From positions 128,526,001 to 128,590,000 of the forward strand of contig JANJGN010000014.1 in NCBI GenBank assembly GCA_026770705.1: 64,000 bases of DNA, given 5' to 3'. The first letter of the stretch is position 1; each line of letters opens with the position of its first letter. A model generated the notes under the pieces. The model saw only the letters and a list, made by a program, of their open reading frames with translations. It was not told the origin of the DNA and made no database searches. Below, in pieces: positions 1-12,941 of the stretch. The DNA comes from Isurus oxyrinchus (taxonomy: Eukaryota). A program made the position numbers and the translations under genes.

Positions 1-984
1 GGTCTTTGTGCCATAAGATGTTGTGGGAGGCTGAGACAAGATACATAACATAATTATATTGTCATGATTTGTTTGATGTAATTTTGTGATATACTTTCAT
101 TAATCTGTAGAACTCTTATCAAATCACTATGATCAGATAACATGTATGCCTTGAAAATGGGCTCCCTGAGTATTGGTGGAGCACCATCAACATGATTATA
201 TGAAGCTCCCTCGTCTGCTATTTTAGAGACAGCAAGTCATTTTTTTAAAAAGGGGGCCTATTGTTCAAGTAGGCCAATTTTAAGTCTGCAATGTGTTACA
301 GTACAGCATCACATTAACAGGTTGAGATGACAAAACAAAGTCTGAATGGCTTACTGACCATGTATCAACTCATTATTGTCTTGTAATGAGCTTGAGCTTT
401 AAAGTGGAATATTCTATCTAAACTACTGTGCTTTTGTAACATATTTTGTTTTCTCTTTGCCTTGGCCATTATCCCACAGAAGCAACAAATGTTAGGTATC
501 TGTATTGATTTGATAAGTAGCAACACTGAATGGTAGAGGACAATATTGTAGCTTTTGGTCATACAATACAAAGCAAGGTTTATCTATAACACAGCAATGT
601 TGGATTATTGCATTTGCAGTCAAGTTGAAGGCTACGTGAACCTTTCACACAGAATGACTGACAGATCTGGCTGAATCTGATCTCAACCCAAAATATATTA
701 AACTGTGCCACAGTGTTGAGTTTGGAGAAATGCAGCAGTGGAATTTTAACCAATTTTGTTTGTAAGGTACCGAACCAGAACATTTGTCCATGCCATGCCA
801 TATGCTGCCAGAGAATGGAGCTGTTGCACTATGCAAATTTCTTGGTGATTAGTTCAGTACAAAAAATTAGAAACTTAGAAAATATTTTAATATCATGAAA
901 ATTTCACTGCTTAATTTTATTTGCAAAAAAGAACTCTTCAGTTAATTGGTTATTTCCTTTACTCTTATGGTCTCTGACTTATCT

Positions 985-1155
985 TGGCGCCTGGTCTGAC
1001 AGTGCCTCAATTTTAAATTTCCCATCCTTGTTTTCAAACCCCTCTGATTTTGTTCCTCCCTATCGCAGTATCTGCCCTCCTCCAATTTTGACTTCTCGTG
1101 TATCCCAGTTTTCATCAGCTAAACATTAGCAGCCGTGCCTTCAGCTGCCTAGGCT
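985..1155 (+). mobile_element. Degraded L2-type LINE 3' fragment
   Basis: Motifs ttttaaatt..catccttgttttcaaa and gccttcagctgcctaggc, shared with L2-like pieces at 5420-6110 (minus) and 11480-11970. Confidence 0.45.
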
Positions 1156-2876
1156 GGCAGAGGAACTGAATAGGTACTTTGCGTCAATCTTCACAGTGGA
1201 AGACACGAGTGACATCCCCAAAGTTCAAGAGAGTCGGGGGGGGGGGGGGGGCGGGCAGAGGTGAGTATGGTGGCCATTACCAAGGAAAAGGTGCTAGGAA
1301 AACTGAAAGGTCTGAAGGTGGATAAATCACCTGGACCAGATGGATTACACCCCAGAGTTCTGAAGGAGATAGCTGAAGAAATAGTGGAGGCGTTAGTGGT
1401 GATCTTTCAGGAATCACTGGAGTCAGGGAGGGTCCCAGAGGACAGGAAAATCGCTAATGTAACTCCCCTGATTAAGAAGGGAGTGAGGCAAAAGACGGGA
1501 AATTATAGGCCGATTAGCCTGACCTCGGTCGTTGGTAAGATTTTAGAGTCCATTATTAAGGATGAGATTTCAGAATACTTGGAAGTACATGGTAAAATCG
1601 GGCAAAGTCAGCATGGTTTCATCAAGGGGAGGTCATGCCTGACAAATCTGTTAGAATTCTTTGAGGAGGTAATGAGTAGGTTAGACAAAGGAGAGCCAAT
1701 GGATGTTATCTACTTGGACTTCCAGAAGGCCTTTGACAAGGTGCCGCACAGGAGGCTGCTCAGTAAGATAAGAGCCAATGGTGTTAGAGGCAAGGTACTA
1801 GCATGGATAGAAGGAGGCAGAGAGTGGGGATAAGGGGGTCCTTCTCAGGATGGCGTCTGGTGACTAGTGAAGTTCCGCAGGGGTCAGTGTTGGGACCACA
1901 ACTTTTCACTTTATATATTAATGATCTAGATGAAGGAACTGAGGGCATCCTGGCCAAGTTTGCAGATGATACCAAGATAGGTGGGACAGTTAGAATTGAG
2001 GAGGCGGGGAAGCTGCAGAAGGATTTGGACAGGTTAGGAGAATGGGTAAAGAAGTGGCAGATGGAATACAATGTGGGGAAGTGTGAGGTCATGCACTTTG
2101 GTAGGAAGAATAGAGGCATAGACTATTTTCTAAATGGGGAGAGAATTCAGAAATCTGGAGTGCAAAGGGACTTGGGAGTCCTAGTCCAGGATTCTATTAA
2201 GGTTAATTTGCAGGTTGTGTCGGTAGTTAGGAAGGTAAATGCAATGTTGGCATTTATTTCGAGAGGACTAGAATATAAAAGCAGGGATGTGCTGCTGAGG
2301 CTTTATAAGGCTCTGGTCAGACCACATTTAGAATATTGTGAGCAATTTTGGGCCCCGTATCTCAGGAAGGATGTGCTGGGCCTGGAGAGGGTCCAGAGGA
2401 GGTTCATGAGAATGATCCCAGGAATGAAAGGCTTAACATATGAGGAATGTTTGAGGACCCTGGGTCTATACTCGATGGAGTTTAGAAGGATGAGGGGGGA
2501 TCTGATTGAAACTTATAGAATACTGAAAGGCCTGGAAAGAGTGGATGTGGGGAAGATATTTCCATTAGTAGGAGAGACTAGGACCCGAGGGCACAGCCTC
2601 AGAGTAAAGGGAAGACCTTTTAGAACAGAGATGAGAAACTTCTTTAGCCAGAGAGTGGTGAATCTATGGAATTCATTGCCATAGAAGGCTGTGGAGGCCA
2701 GGTCATTGAGTGTATTTAAGACTGAGATAGATAGGTTCTTGATTGGTAAGGGGATCAAAGGTTACGGGGAGAAGGTGGGAGAATGGGGTTGAGAAACTTA
2801 TCAGCCATGATTGAATGGCGGAGCAGACTCCACCGGCCGGATGGCCTAATTTCTGCTCCTATGTCTTATGGTCTTA
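1152..2876 (+). mobile_element. 5'-truncated CR1 LINE (HER1-like), relatively young
   Basis: RT motifs KSPGPDG, NYRPISLTS, QHGF..GRSC.TNL, YLDFQKAFDKVPH, VPQGSVLGP.LF, KFADDTK; CR1 3' UTR ending atgtcttatggtcttat. Confidence 0.95.
1261..2684 (+). pseudogene. CR1 ORF2 reverse transcriptase, frameshifted near 1810
   Basis: ORFs 1261-1833 and 1803-2684 are consecutive halves of one RT; a short deletion after 'LAWIE' shifts the frame. Confidence 0.9.
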
Positions 2877-3154
2877 TAATGCTTGGGATGTGTGAAATTG
2901 AATCATGATTTTTGATTTTTGGGCAATGGGACCATAATTCGTAGTGTGCCCTTGTTCCTTCAGATGGAGGTGAGAACGATAGATATTTTATCTGCCCCGC
3001 TTATCCGAATGGTTCTTGCACCTCCAGCACTGGTCTCATCCTCCAAACTCTGCCAGTGAGTTCTGCAAACAGTAAGGGCTCAGGCAGCATTATTGCAAAC
3101 CACTTTTATTAAAGGCAGGCTGCCCCTTTTAAAAAAAAAAAAATTTCTGCAGTG

Positions 3155-3790
3155 GAAATTCTGGCAAGCTGTACAGACAGAGGAATCCAGACTGAGAAGC
3201 CGCACTAGAGGCATTAGTGGTGCAATTGGGTAGGTGGAGAAATGGCTGCCATTCTATTGGTAGGGGGAGAAAGGTGTGATAGAGCTGGGGTGGGGCGGGT
3301 GGGGGGGTGCGGGCGTTGGTGTGTAGGGCAATCAGGAGACCGTCAATAACAACCCTCAGAAGATGCTGGAGGCAGCTGCTCGGGTAGGTCAAATCCTAGA
3401 GTCTGGATCCAAGGATATGGCAGTGATGCCCCAAAAATTCTAATTACCCTGTGGGTAGTCAATGCCACTGAATGTCTTCACATGGCATCTGATACCCACC
3501 ACACCATCAACTCCTCATACTGTACATTCACTCACCTGGCGCACTCTCTGGCACTCAGGACTCATGCCTAACAATTGGATACTCCACCTCCCACTCACAC
3601 CGGCCACTGCTGCCAATCTCGCGCCCCCTTCTCACTGCCAGCACATGCCTTCACCTTCAGCTATTCAGCTATGGCAGGCACATCACCCAAACGCAGAGCG
3701 ACACACCCACTGATATTCTGCCCTCCTTTCTGTCTTGCAGGATGAGGTGAGACACTGTAGAGGAGAGCAGAACAGACCTTTACACCTGTA
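3155..3790 (+). mobile_element. Possible PIF/Harbinger Myb/SANT-gene remnant
   Basis: GC-rich start, C/A-rich intron-like tract, acceptor ctttctgtcttgcag followed by a degenerate 'EKVAHN.RE..RT'-like segment; weak. Confidence 0.3.
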
Positions 3791-4864
3791 GCTCATTCTC
3801 AGTTGAAGCGTTTAAAAGATGTGGGATCACATGCTTACCAGTAGTATTGGAGCTCGCTTCCTCGTGCATGTACCATTTTGCTGAAGGCTGATACATTGAG
3901 TCATAATTTGGAAGCCATCTTACTGTGCCTGCCTCAAGCTCAGCTTGCCTTTCCTCGCTTTAATTTTTCAGGATTTTTCTGTGGCAGTTTGCAGGACGTT
4001 TGAGCTGAAACCATCACGGTGAGGGGAAGCCTGTGTGCTGAGTGAACTGGGCATCCAAGAGCATATCTCCTTAACCAATGAGGTTGAAGGATTGTGAGAT
4101 TAACAGGGCAAAGATTGAAATGGAAGTGCACCTCAGGGTGCTTGAATTCAATGCTGAATTGGGTGCAGAAGGAGAAATAAAGAGAAGGAAAGAAAGATTG
4201 GCTTAAAAGAAAGGGAGAAATGAGACGAAGGAGAAGTTGAAAAAAAGTTTACCTTTTTTAATCTCCCAACAACAATTAAAACTGAAGGAATGAGACTCCA
4301 TTATTTTAATAGTTAATTTTCAGCACCAGAGAGCTTGACTGGCAATAATTAAGTTTTATCATGTCATTGAATGGATACTTGGACTGACATGAACAAGACT
4401 TTCTATGATGAGTTTGTTTCTACACCGTGTCAATGATGAGACAGACAGCAAAATTCTCTTTTTTTTGCGAATTTAACAGCTGAATGGTACAACTTGTCCA
4501 GCAACCTCTGAATATTTGCATTTAACTTGGAAGTTGCTGTAGCCTCAGCACATAAATAATGATGAGCACCATTAGTCTCAGTTTATTTTAGCAGCAAATT
4601 TTGGTCATTGCACTGACTGACACAAAGCAGGGAACAGCAAGCTTCAGCAGTGCAATTGTTATGCTTCAGTCCTTCAGTCTTGCGTGAAAGCAAGAAAACC
4701 AGAGGAAGCAAGCCAATTTAATCCAGTAGCTGGAAATATGGTGTCATCATTCATGTTTGCAGCACAAGTGGACAGTGATCTCTCATTATAACTCAGTCAG
4801 GCAATACCAACGCATGATGGTATTCTATCTTTCCAATTTGGTGGAAACAAATGATTTAATATGG

Positions 4865-5415
4865 GGACAGTTTTTTTGTGTGAAGGTTTGCTGTGAATTG
4901 AGTGGTCAGGATTTGGAATGCACTGTCTGATAGGCTGGAGAATATGCATCCAAATATAGCCTTCAAAAAGGAATTGGAGAAATACTTGAAGGATTAAAAA
5001 ATTGTTGGCACGTAGAGGAAAAAGTGGGCAAGTGGGACGAACTGGATTGTTCTTTGAAAGGGCCAGTGCAGATTTGATGGGTTGAATGGCTTCTTTCAGT
5101 GTTGTACCATTCTACAATTCTATGATTTTACCTGATCTTGTGCAAAGTTATGTACAATAGACATCTTCTATAAACTGCAGACAGAATCAATCTTTCTCAC
5201 ATTTAGGGTGAAATGGAACGATTTAGTTGGGTAAAAGAACTGATTTAAAGGGTGAGAAACCTCTAGTTATCCGGAGGTACTTGACATGCTGGGACTATTT
5301 TTGCTGGAGCAGGGGAAGTTAAGAGGGTGATGGGATTTAAAATTATGAAAAGGTTTTGATAGATTAAATAGGAAAGAGTATTTCTTTTGATTAGAGGATC
5401 AGGACTGAGGGCTTA
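4865..5415 (+). mobile_element. Two old CR1 3' fragments
   Basis: tggaatgcactgtctga..ttcaaaaaggaattgga..gatgggttgaatggc; second piece ends at aggactgagggc. Confidence 0.65.
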
Positions 5416-5419
5416 CAAT

Positions 5420-6110
5420 AACAGCATTTCACATTTAAATGACAACTTTAACATAGTAAAATGTCCCAAATGTTATCAAATAAAATTTCTCACCAAAATG
5501 CATAAGAGATATTAAGCCAAATAACCTAAAGATTAGACCGAGGTAGGCTTTAAGGAGCAAATTAAAGGGAGAGATAGAAAGAAAGGTGGAGAGATTTAGG
5601 GAGGGAATTCCAGAGTGTAAGGCACAACTGCCAGTGCTGGAGTGATTGGAATTAGAAACGCTCAAGAAGCCAAAATTGGCCAAATGCAGCGATTTCTGGG
5701 GGCAGTCAGGCTGATGGAGATCGGAGATAAGGAGGAATGAGGCTGAATGAGGTGGAGATCAGAAATAGGGAGGAAAAACAGGAATGATAATTTTAAAATC
5801 AAGTTATAGCTTCACTGGGAGTCACTAGATCAGTGAGCGTGTGATAGGAAAGCAGAACTTGGAGCGAGCGTAAGGAAATGGGCAGCAGAGTTTTGAATGG
5901 CATCAATTTTGCATAGGTAGAATGTGGGAGGCTGGTCAGGACAGCACTGCAGTAGTCAAGTCTAGAGGTAGCAAAGGCATGGATGAAGGTTTCAGTAGCA
6001 GATGAGCTGAGGCGAAGGTGGATTTGGGTGATGCTGCGGAGGTGGAAAGAGGCCGTTCAGTACAGATGTGTGATCAAAAGCTCACCTACATCATTACGAA
6101 ACAATTGAAA
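5420..6110 (-). mobile_element. L2 LINE 3' fragment
   Basis: Reverse strand reads HAFATSRLDYC (L2 RT C-terminal motif), ctctggaattccctccctaaa and an L2-type tail. Confidence 0.75.
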
Positions 6111-6944
6111 GGAGAGGAGACATTTTATAGATTTATAAAGTACTAAATTGAGTAAGATTGGTACATTATTACAAACAGATTGTGTAACCATCTGCCTCCT
6201 TGGTGTTTGGGGGGCCTTGCTGTGCATAGCTGCTGATATTACTGCTCTCTGGTATGCAAAACAAAGCTGATATCTAATATGTGGCGTTACTTTGGCCCCT
6301 TTTATCAGACAGGCTTTCAACCAACACAGTTTTACTTAGCTCTTGCCGGAGTTCCTAGTTTTCAGTCATAGCTACACAAAAGTGTTTTAAACCCAAGGAT
6401 TAACTACTGAATCATTTTCATATCTTGCTGAGAACAGCAAGTCTCAACTATTGATTCAGGAGCCACTATGAAAACCTTCATTTTGCCTTATGCCTTTCAT
6501 GTATAGGAATACTTTTTTCTATTAACCAGCGATTAGAATAAGTCCTACAAGTATCTCAGTGATAATGCCTACAATACAATTCAATTCAGAGCCTCTATTT
6601 ATCATTGATTCTTGGAGGATAATGCATATGACTTATTTATACCTTGGTCCAACAAAGTTTATAGGTGCAAATCTCCTGGAGAGTAAACAAATTCTTCTAG
6701 TTGTTCGAACCAAAATGTTATCATCTCCTGGAGGATGCATGACATTGAAAATGAAGGACATTAGACTTCCATTGTGTCCTTGGAATTTAAAATATCTATG
6801 AGAGTTTTATTTTTATCTCTGGTTTTTTACCTTTGACTTATAACTGATGAAAAGTTTGCAATTGCTCCATAACAGATTTATTGAAAGTGCAGACATCAAA
6901 TAACAAGGAACACTGATTGAGTGTCTAAGGTTACCAGCCTGTAG

Positions 6945-7790
6945 AAATGTAGAACATTTACCCCATGGAAAGAAGCCATTTCGTCCATTGTGTCTATGCC
7001 AGTTGAGAGAGATCCATTCAGTCAAATCCAGTTTTGCAGCCCTTGGTCCGTAGCTATATGGATACAGCACTGCAAGTGCTTATACAAGTATTTTTTAAAT
7101 GTGATGAATGTTTCCGACCTCACCATTCTTTCAGTGAATTTCCGACCCGCACCACCTCCTGATTTAAAAAAAAATCTCCTTTAATGTTTCTGCCAATGAC
7201 TTTAGATCACAAATCAAATACTTCCGTTAACTCATTTGAGTCCCTGGCTTGTAACCAGAAGGCAGAAGGCTCATCCAGGAAGGTACTGAACACATTGAGA
7301 GGCTCCACTGGGAATAGGCAGAAGCAAAGTCGTGGCTTCGGGAGGAGCGCACAAACCCTTAAACGACCCATCCCTTCAAACACCACCTGCCCTGCATGCG
7401 GCAGAGTCTGCAGATCTTAATGGACTTATCAGCCATCTCAGAACCCATCGAGCTGGAGTGGAAACAAATCATCCTTGATCCCGAGGGACTGCCTAAGAAG
7501 AAAGGAGAAGAGATGATCTCCGGTTATTGATCACTCTGCTCAGGGAATTAAATCTTTCCTATCCATTATGTCTATACCCCTCAACTTTATACACCTCAAT
7601 TAAATTTTCCCTTTGCTTCTTCTGTTCCAACAAAAACAACCCCAGCCTATGCAATCTTCCCTCATGACTAAGATTCTCCATTCTTGGCAACATCCTCATA
7701 GGAAAAATGATATTGCAGAGGAGATCTGTGATGCGGTGAGCAGAACACAGTCATCATTTTTTAGTACTCTGCTCAAAGGCAGGTCCAACC
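6945..7790 (-). mobile_element. CR1 3' fragment interrupted by an RTE insertion
   Basis: Reverse-complement CR1 3' UTR (gccatttcgtccatt) and RT C-terminal remnants on both sides of 7210-7512. Confidence 0.65.
7210..7512 (+). mobile_element. RTE-clade LINE 3' end
   Basis: Encodes ESLA...TTCPACGRVCRS..GLISHLRTH (RTE C-terminal Cys/His motif); short UTR and AAG-type tail. Confidence 0.8.
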
Positions 7791-8639
7791 CACAGCACTG
7801 CAAACACCACCATGGGTAGGGCAAAGAAGCAGGTCTTGAATCCACCCCATCAGGACAGGCTATTGGCACCAATCTGACCCACAGTGACCGTCCAATCACA
7901 CTGCAAGTCTGATAATCTTTATTGGTTGTTAATGCAAGTCTTAGCACAATAGGGATTGTTTAATAAGTGTTGTCCAATCATGGGAGCCAAATCTAATGTT
8001 GAACACTGTTCTGAGTTTTGCAAGCACGGGCTGGTTGAGTACAGTTAGTACTTTCTGTTGCGAACAGCCAAAGTATGGCTCACTTACATGTGCTTAGAAG
8101 TTGTACAAATTCACTCACACACAGGGGCCCTTTCCTTTGTAAACAGAACATGTCCATGCATTGTTCCTTTTTCAACCAAATAAAAGCTTGGGGATTAGCC
8201 ATTCGCTGGTCCCTTCTGCATGGCAATGCTTTGATCAATCAGTCAACTTTGCCTGGTTTGAATTGAAACAAAAGCTTGGCAGTTAACAGTTCCCTGGTAT
8301 ATTCTCCATGGGAACACCTCTGCCAATCAGAGTCCACTTGCCAACCACTCAGCACCATCTTTTGTGCAGCATAAATTGTTCTTGCGATTCTGTCCTGATC
8401 GGTGCAAGACAAAAATCTTTGACAGCATGTCTCTCTCTTTTTCAGCAATATTCAAAGTTCTGTACAATCAAACGACTATTTGTTTCCAACAATACTGGGA
8501 ATGCATTTCATTCTGCCATCCTTTTTTTAAAGTTGTACTTTTCAAATGCTGGATGTTCGTGTGACTGGAATGGGACACTTCTTGGATAACCAGTGATAGC
8601 ATTTTCAAGCTCTTTCACTTTCAACCGCCAATCTCATTG

Positions 8640-8810
8640 GAACATAGGAACTGAAGTAGACCAATTCAGCACCTCAAGCCTGTTTCCCCCATTCAACAGG
8701 ATCATGACTGATCAGCAACCAAATTCCATTTATACGCATTGGCTTGAGACCCCTTAATATGCTTAGCTAGAAAAATACCTAACCATCTCGGATTGAAAAT
8801 TGTTAACCTT
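8640..8810 (-). mobile_element. CR1 3' UTR fragment
   Basis: aacataggaactgaagtagacc..tcaagcctg..ccattcaa..gatcatgactgat is the reverse complement of the CR1 end. Confidence 0.6.
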
Positions 8811-9109
8811 GTGCCAGTTCGGTAAAACAAGGTGACATTTTAAACTGAATCAAGAGGCATTTTTAACCTGTAATCTCATGTTCACTGGAAATTGGATTGT
8901 AACTCCCAAAGCCCATTAAATAGCAATTAATATTGTCAGCATGGGATACTAATGTACTTTACAAGAACAATATGTATTAACTGATTAATGCTTCTCAAAA
9001 CAAAACAATTGAAAAATACCTGTTCCCTTCCTAGAACTTGGCAGTCAAAGCTACTTGATACCAAGTATTGTATTTTCTCATACACTAACTCTTTGGTATA
9101 ACATCAAGG

Positions 9110-9655
9110 GAGTTCTCTGGGGTTTATAAGAATGAGAGGCGATCTCATTGACAGCTACAGCGTTCTGAAAGGAATTGACAGGGTAGACACCAAGAGATTG
9201 TTTCCGCTCACCAAGGAATCTGGGACATCTTGAGATAAGGGACTGATCATTTGGGACTGAGATGAGGAGAAATTACTTCACTCGTAGGGTAGCGAATCTT
9301 TGGAATTCTCTACCCCACAAGGTTGTGGATGCTTCATCGTTGATGCTTCATCGTTGAATAGGCTTAAGGCTGGGATCGGCAGGTTTTTGGTGTCTCAGGG
9401 AATCAAGGGAACTGGGGAGTGGGCAGGAAACTGGAGTTGAAGCCCAAGATCAACCATGACCATATTGAATGGCGGAGCAGGCTTGATGGGCCGTTGAAAA
9501 GCAAAATACTGCAGATGCTGGAAATCTGAAACAAAAACTAATATTGCTGGAAAAACTCAGCAGGTCTGACAGCATCTGTGGAGATAAAGACAATGTTAAC
9601 GTTTTGAGCCTGTATGTCTGTGTTGATGGGCCTTCGACTCCTAGTTCTTGTGGAA
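9110..9655 (+). mobile_element. CR1 3' fragment carrying a Penelope-derived insertion
   Basis: agaatgagaggcgatctcattga..tggaattctctacc..ttgaatggcggagcaggc. Confidence 0.8.
9493..9622 (-). mobile_element. Short non-autonomous Penelope pseudo-LTR fragment
   Basis: Reverse strand aaaacgttaac..gatgctgtcagacctgctgagtttttccag..gatttccagcatctgcag matches 14088-14185; flanked by ttgatgggcc repeats. Confidence 0.85.
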
Positions 9656-10094
9656 GCATATTTCCCTTTGCACTGTATTCAGCACACCAGGTAATAGGTT
9701 TCTGTTAAATTCCTTTGTGTATTGTTTTTTAGTGCTGTTTAAAACAAAATAGATTAATGACTGTGCGCAGCGATTCAGAATGAATGAATCAACTTGTGCT
9801 GAAAACTTGCCATTGCAATATTGAAATATTCAAACTGAAGACTGTAACATGTTTCCAATTCCCCTCAGAATTCAACCTCTTTGGAAGTGCAGGAGTAGCA
9901 ACAATAAAATGAGGACTGCAGTGTAGTGTCTGCCCTAATGCTGTCATGGGAATGTTCAACAATAGAGTTAAGAATTCAGAAGGAGAAAACAATTTGGACG
10001 AGCACTCTTATTTACCAGGTGTTCCAGTTTAAGGTATACAAGACCAATTTGGACCCAGTATTCTTATTTCCTCAGTTTTTACTTTTTTGTTCTG

Positions 10095-10360
10095 GCAAAG
10101 AAAGAACATGCATTTGTGTAGAACCTTTCATGGCCTCAGGACATGCTCAAGCGCTTTAAAATGCTTTTTGAAGTGTATTTCCTGCTGTAACTTGCTAGGG
10201 CTCAGTCAAAAATGAATCCACAGATTGATTTTTGAATGTTTACAACCACCTAAAAGGTCAGACTATGTTACATCTTATTCAAAAGGCAGCACCTCCAATG
10301 GTCCTTCCCTTAATGTTGGCCTCGATTATGTGTTCAAATCTCTGGAGCGGAATGTAAACT
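10095..10360 (-). mobile_element. Degraded Deu-domain SINE (SacSINE1/AmnSINE1-like)
   Basis: Reverse complement of tail and Deu core seen at 10758-11140. Confidence 0.5.
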
Positions 10361-10757
10361 GAAGTGGAGAGAGCTGCTTTTAACAGGTAGTTGACTAATA
10401 TCTGTTAGGTTAAACTTTTACAATAAAAAATACTCAATTCCAAGAATGTAGAACTCAAAGGTTCATGTGCTAAAGTCCTGGACTGGGGCTTGAACCCATA
10501 AACCACTAATCTGGATATTATCCTGTCTGACTGGATGGGTTCAGGACAATTTCTGAATTCCATTTTCTAGGCTTTATTAATGGAGCCAGTGATTCAATTG
10601 CATATATCAGATCGCAGCTTATCTTGAGGAAGAAAGGTTTAAAAATCAGAAGATTGTGTATTTTTCATGAAAGATTATGCAGATAAATGCACCCTCTGGA
10701 GATTAGCGCTCTTACTTTCCCATCCTGTTAATCGTTGTGTGTTTCTTCTCATTGTAT

Positions 10758-11140
10758 CAACTGTAGCTCAGTTGGCAGTGTTCTTGCCTTTAAGTCAGAT
10801 TAAAGTCCTACTTGAGTATAAAATCTAGAGGTGTTGCCTTTTGGATGAGATGGTAAACTGAGTCCCTGTCTGCCTTCTCAGGTGGAGATAAAAGATCCTG
10901 CGGCACGATTTTGATGAGGAGCAGAGGAGTTATCCCTGGCGATCTGGCCAATCCCTTGATCCACACAGCAAAAATAGATTTGCTGGCCGCTATTACATTG
11001 TTGCTTGTGACAGCTTGCTGTGTGCAAGTGGGTTGTTGCATTTCCTGCATTACAACAATGACCTGCACTTCAAAATGACCTCATTAGCTTTGAGAGGTCC
11101 AGTGGCCGTAAAAAGTGCTGTATAAATGCATCTCTTTTCA
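10758..11140 (+). mobile_element. Deu-domain tRNA SINE (SacSINE1-like)
   Basis: A-box tagctcagttgg, core ggatgagatggtaaactgagtccctgtctgcc..aggtgga..aaaagatcc, tail gctgtataaatgca. Confidence 0.8.
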
Positions 11141-11479
11141 TTTTGAGTGGTAACATTTGGATTAATCTCATAACAGTAAACTGCACCTTGAGTCGGATGA
11201 TGCTGTTCCTAAAGATATTGGAAAGCAGTTAGCTTCAGTTGAGATTAAATGGATGGTTTCTACTTAAAGTGGTTCTGTATTACGTTGGGATCCTGATGTT
11301 CTATTTCAGCATTGGTGGCAGTTGAGGAAAAAATGGGTGTCATTTCCTGACCCCACACCTTTTCCCCACCCCCACGGTATGAAAAGGCTCATATGGGGGA
11401 AAAGTGCATTGCTTTCTTCTACGGGCCAAATTGAGTACTCAGCCAACTGCAAAAGTGGTCACAATAACACCTGCATGAC

Positions 11480-11970
11480 CTGTCTACATCCAATACTGTT
11501 CCAACACTCTCCTGACTGGGCTCCTATCATCTATCCTTCATCAATATGTGCTTATCCAAAGCTCGGCTGCCCTTATCCTAACTGGCACCAAGTCCCCTTT
11601 ACCTGTCACCCTTATACTTGACCTCCATTGGCTCCCGGTTCCTGATTGCCTCCATTTTAAAATTTTCAGCATGGTCAAATTGCAAAAATGGCCTTGCTCT
11701 CTCCCTATTTCTGTAACCTCCTTAAGTACAACAACCTGAGATCGCTTGTGCTGCTCCAATTTTGACCTAATATGCATCCCTGACCATTTGTGGCTAGGTC
11801 ACTCCAACTCTGTCTCCTCCTTTAAGACCCTCCCCTTTGACAGTCTTTTCTTACCCATTCTAAAGTTCCTATTTTGGCCCAGTGACAATTTTTTGCCCTC
11901 ATATAAGTCTGTGAAATGCCTTGGGGTGTTTTACTAAGGCGCTTACATAATTGTAAGTTGGTTTTGTCAC
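11480..11970 (+). mobile_element. L2 LINE 3' fragment
   Basis: ORF 11548-11739 reads ..DLHWLPVPDCLHFKI.. (L2 C-terminal LHWLP motif); L2-type tail. Confidence 0.75.
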
Positions 11971-12764
11971 CGAAAAGCAGCTTCAGAACTGGTGCTTGGC
12001 TTCTGCAGCAGTATTCACTCTGCCTTATGTCCATGGCCATGTTGAAGTCAGGGTTGCAGTCTCTGGTAACAATAATATGAAGGAGGTACAAGAAGCATAA
12101 AATACTGGCTTCAGAGACATGACGTGGAAATCCAGAATCTATGCCGTATCCAGTTAATGTGGCCTGGCATCAACTTTTGTTTGATATCACTCCTGTAAAG
12201 TGCCTTGGGATATTTTTATTACATTAAAGGCGCCATGTAAATGCAAGTTATTGCTGTGAATGGTTTTGTACTTGGACTGGAAATCGCTGCATTTTTCTTT
12301 CTTGCTTTATTCACTTATACTTCACGCTAAGTACAAGAAGCATATGAAAACTGTTTAAAAGATATACTTAGTACAAAGAGTGCAAAAGTGTTGCTGAGAA
12401 GATTGCAATCAAAGTGATTATATCTTTGTGCAATGAATCTGAAGTCTGACTCCAAATATATGGAGCTGTACTTAATGTAAATAAGGTTCAAAGCGATACC
12501 CCACTGCTATCATCTCAGGGTAACCAGGGATGGGCAATAATAACAGTCTTTCCAGCATCACTGGATAAAATAAAATTCTACCTGGCTTTGAGATCCTTTG
12601 TTGGTGTTTCCTGTTGTAATTTGCATTTAACCTTGAAGATCTACTCTCATGTCACATTACATTCCAACAAAAGAAACTGTTTCTGATCCTGAAGTGAACA
12701 TTCAAGCCATAATTTGTCTTCCAATTTCGTCTTTTCATTTCCACTTGTTTGTCTTTGCCGTAAA

Positions 12765-12935
12765 CCTAAAAGGAGGAGGGTGAAAAGGAAGATCCCATTT
12801 AGTTACTTAATGCAGAGGAGTGTGAATGTATGGAATGGACTGCCTCGAGAGGCTATGGAGGCTGATGTTAGCGGTGAGTTCAAGAGCTGCATATTTACAT
12901 GGAGAAAAAATTGATAGAAATGTGAGATAACAAGG
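12765..12935 (+). mobile_element. Old CR1 3' fragment adjoining the Penelope insertion
   Basis: Translates QRSVNVWNGLPREAMEAD, the CR1 ORF2 C-terminus. Confidence 0.6.
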
Positions 12936-12941
12936 ATAACA

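Noticed and set aside
1236-1251. Long G homopolymers (also ~24025, ~29413) as G-quadruplex elements
   Set aside because: Simple slippage expansions inside repeats; lengths may also be sequencing-dependent
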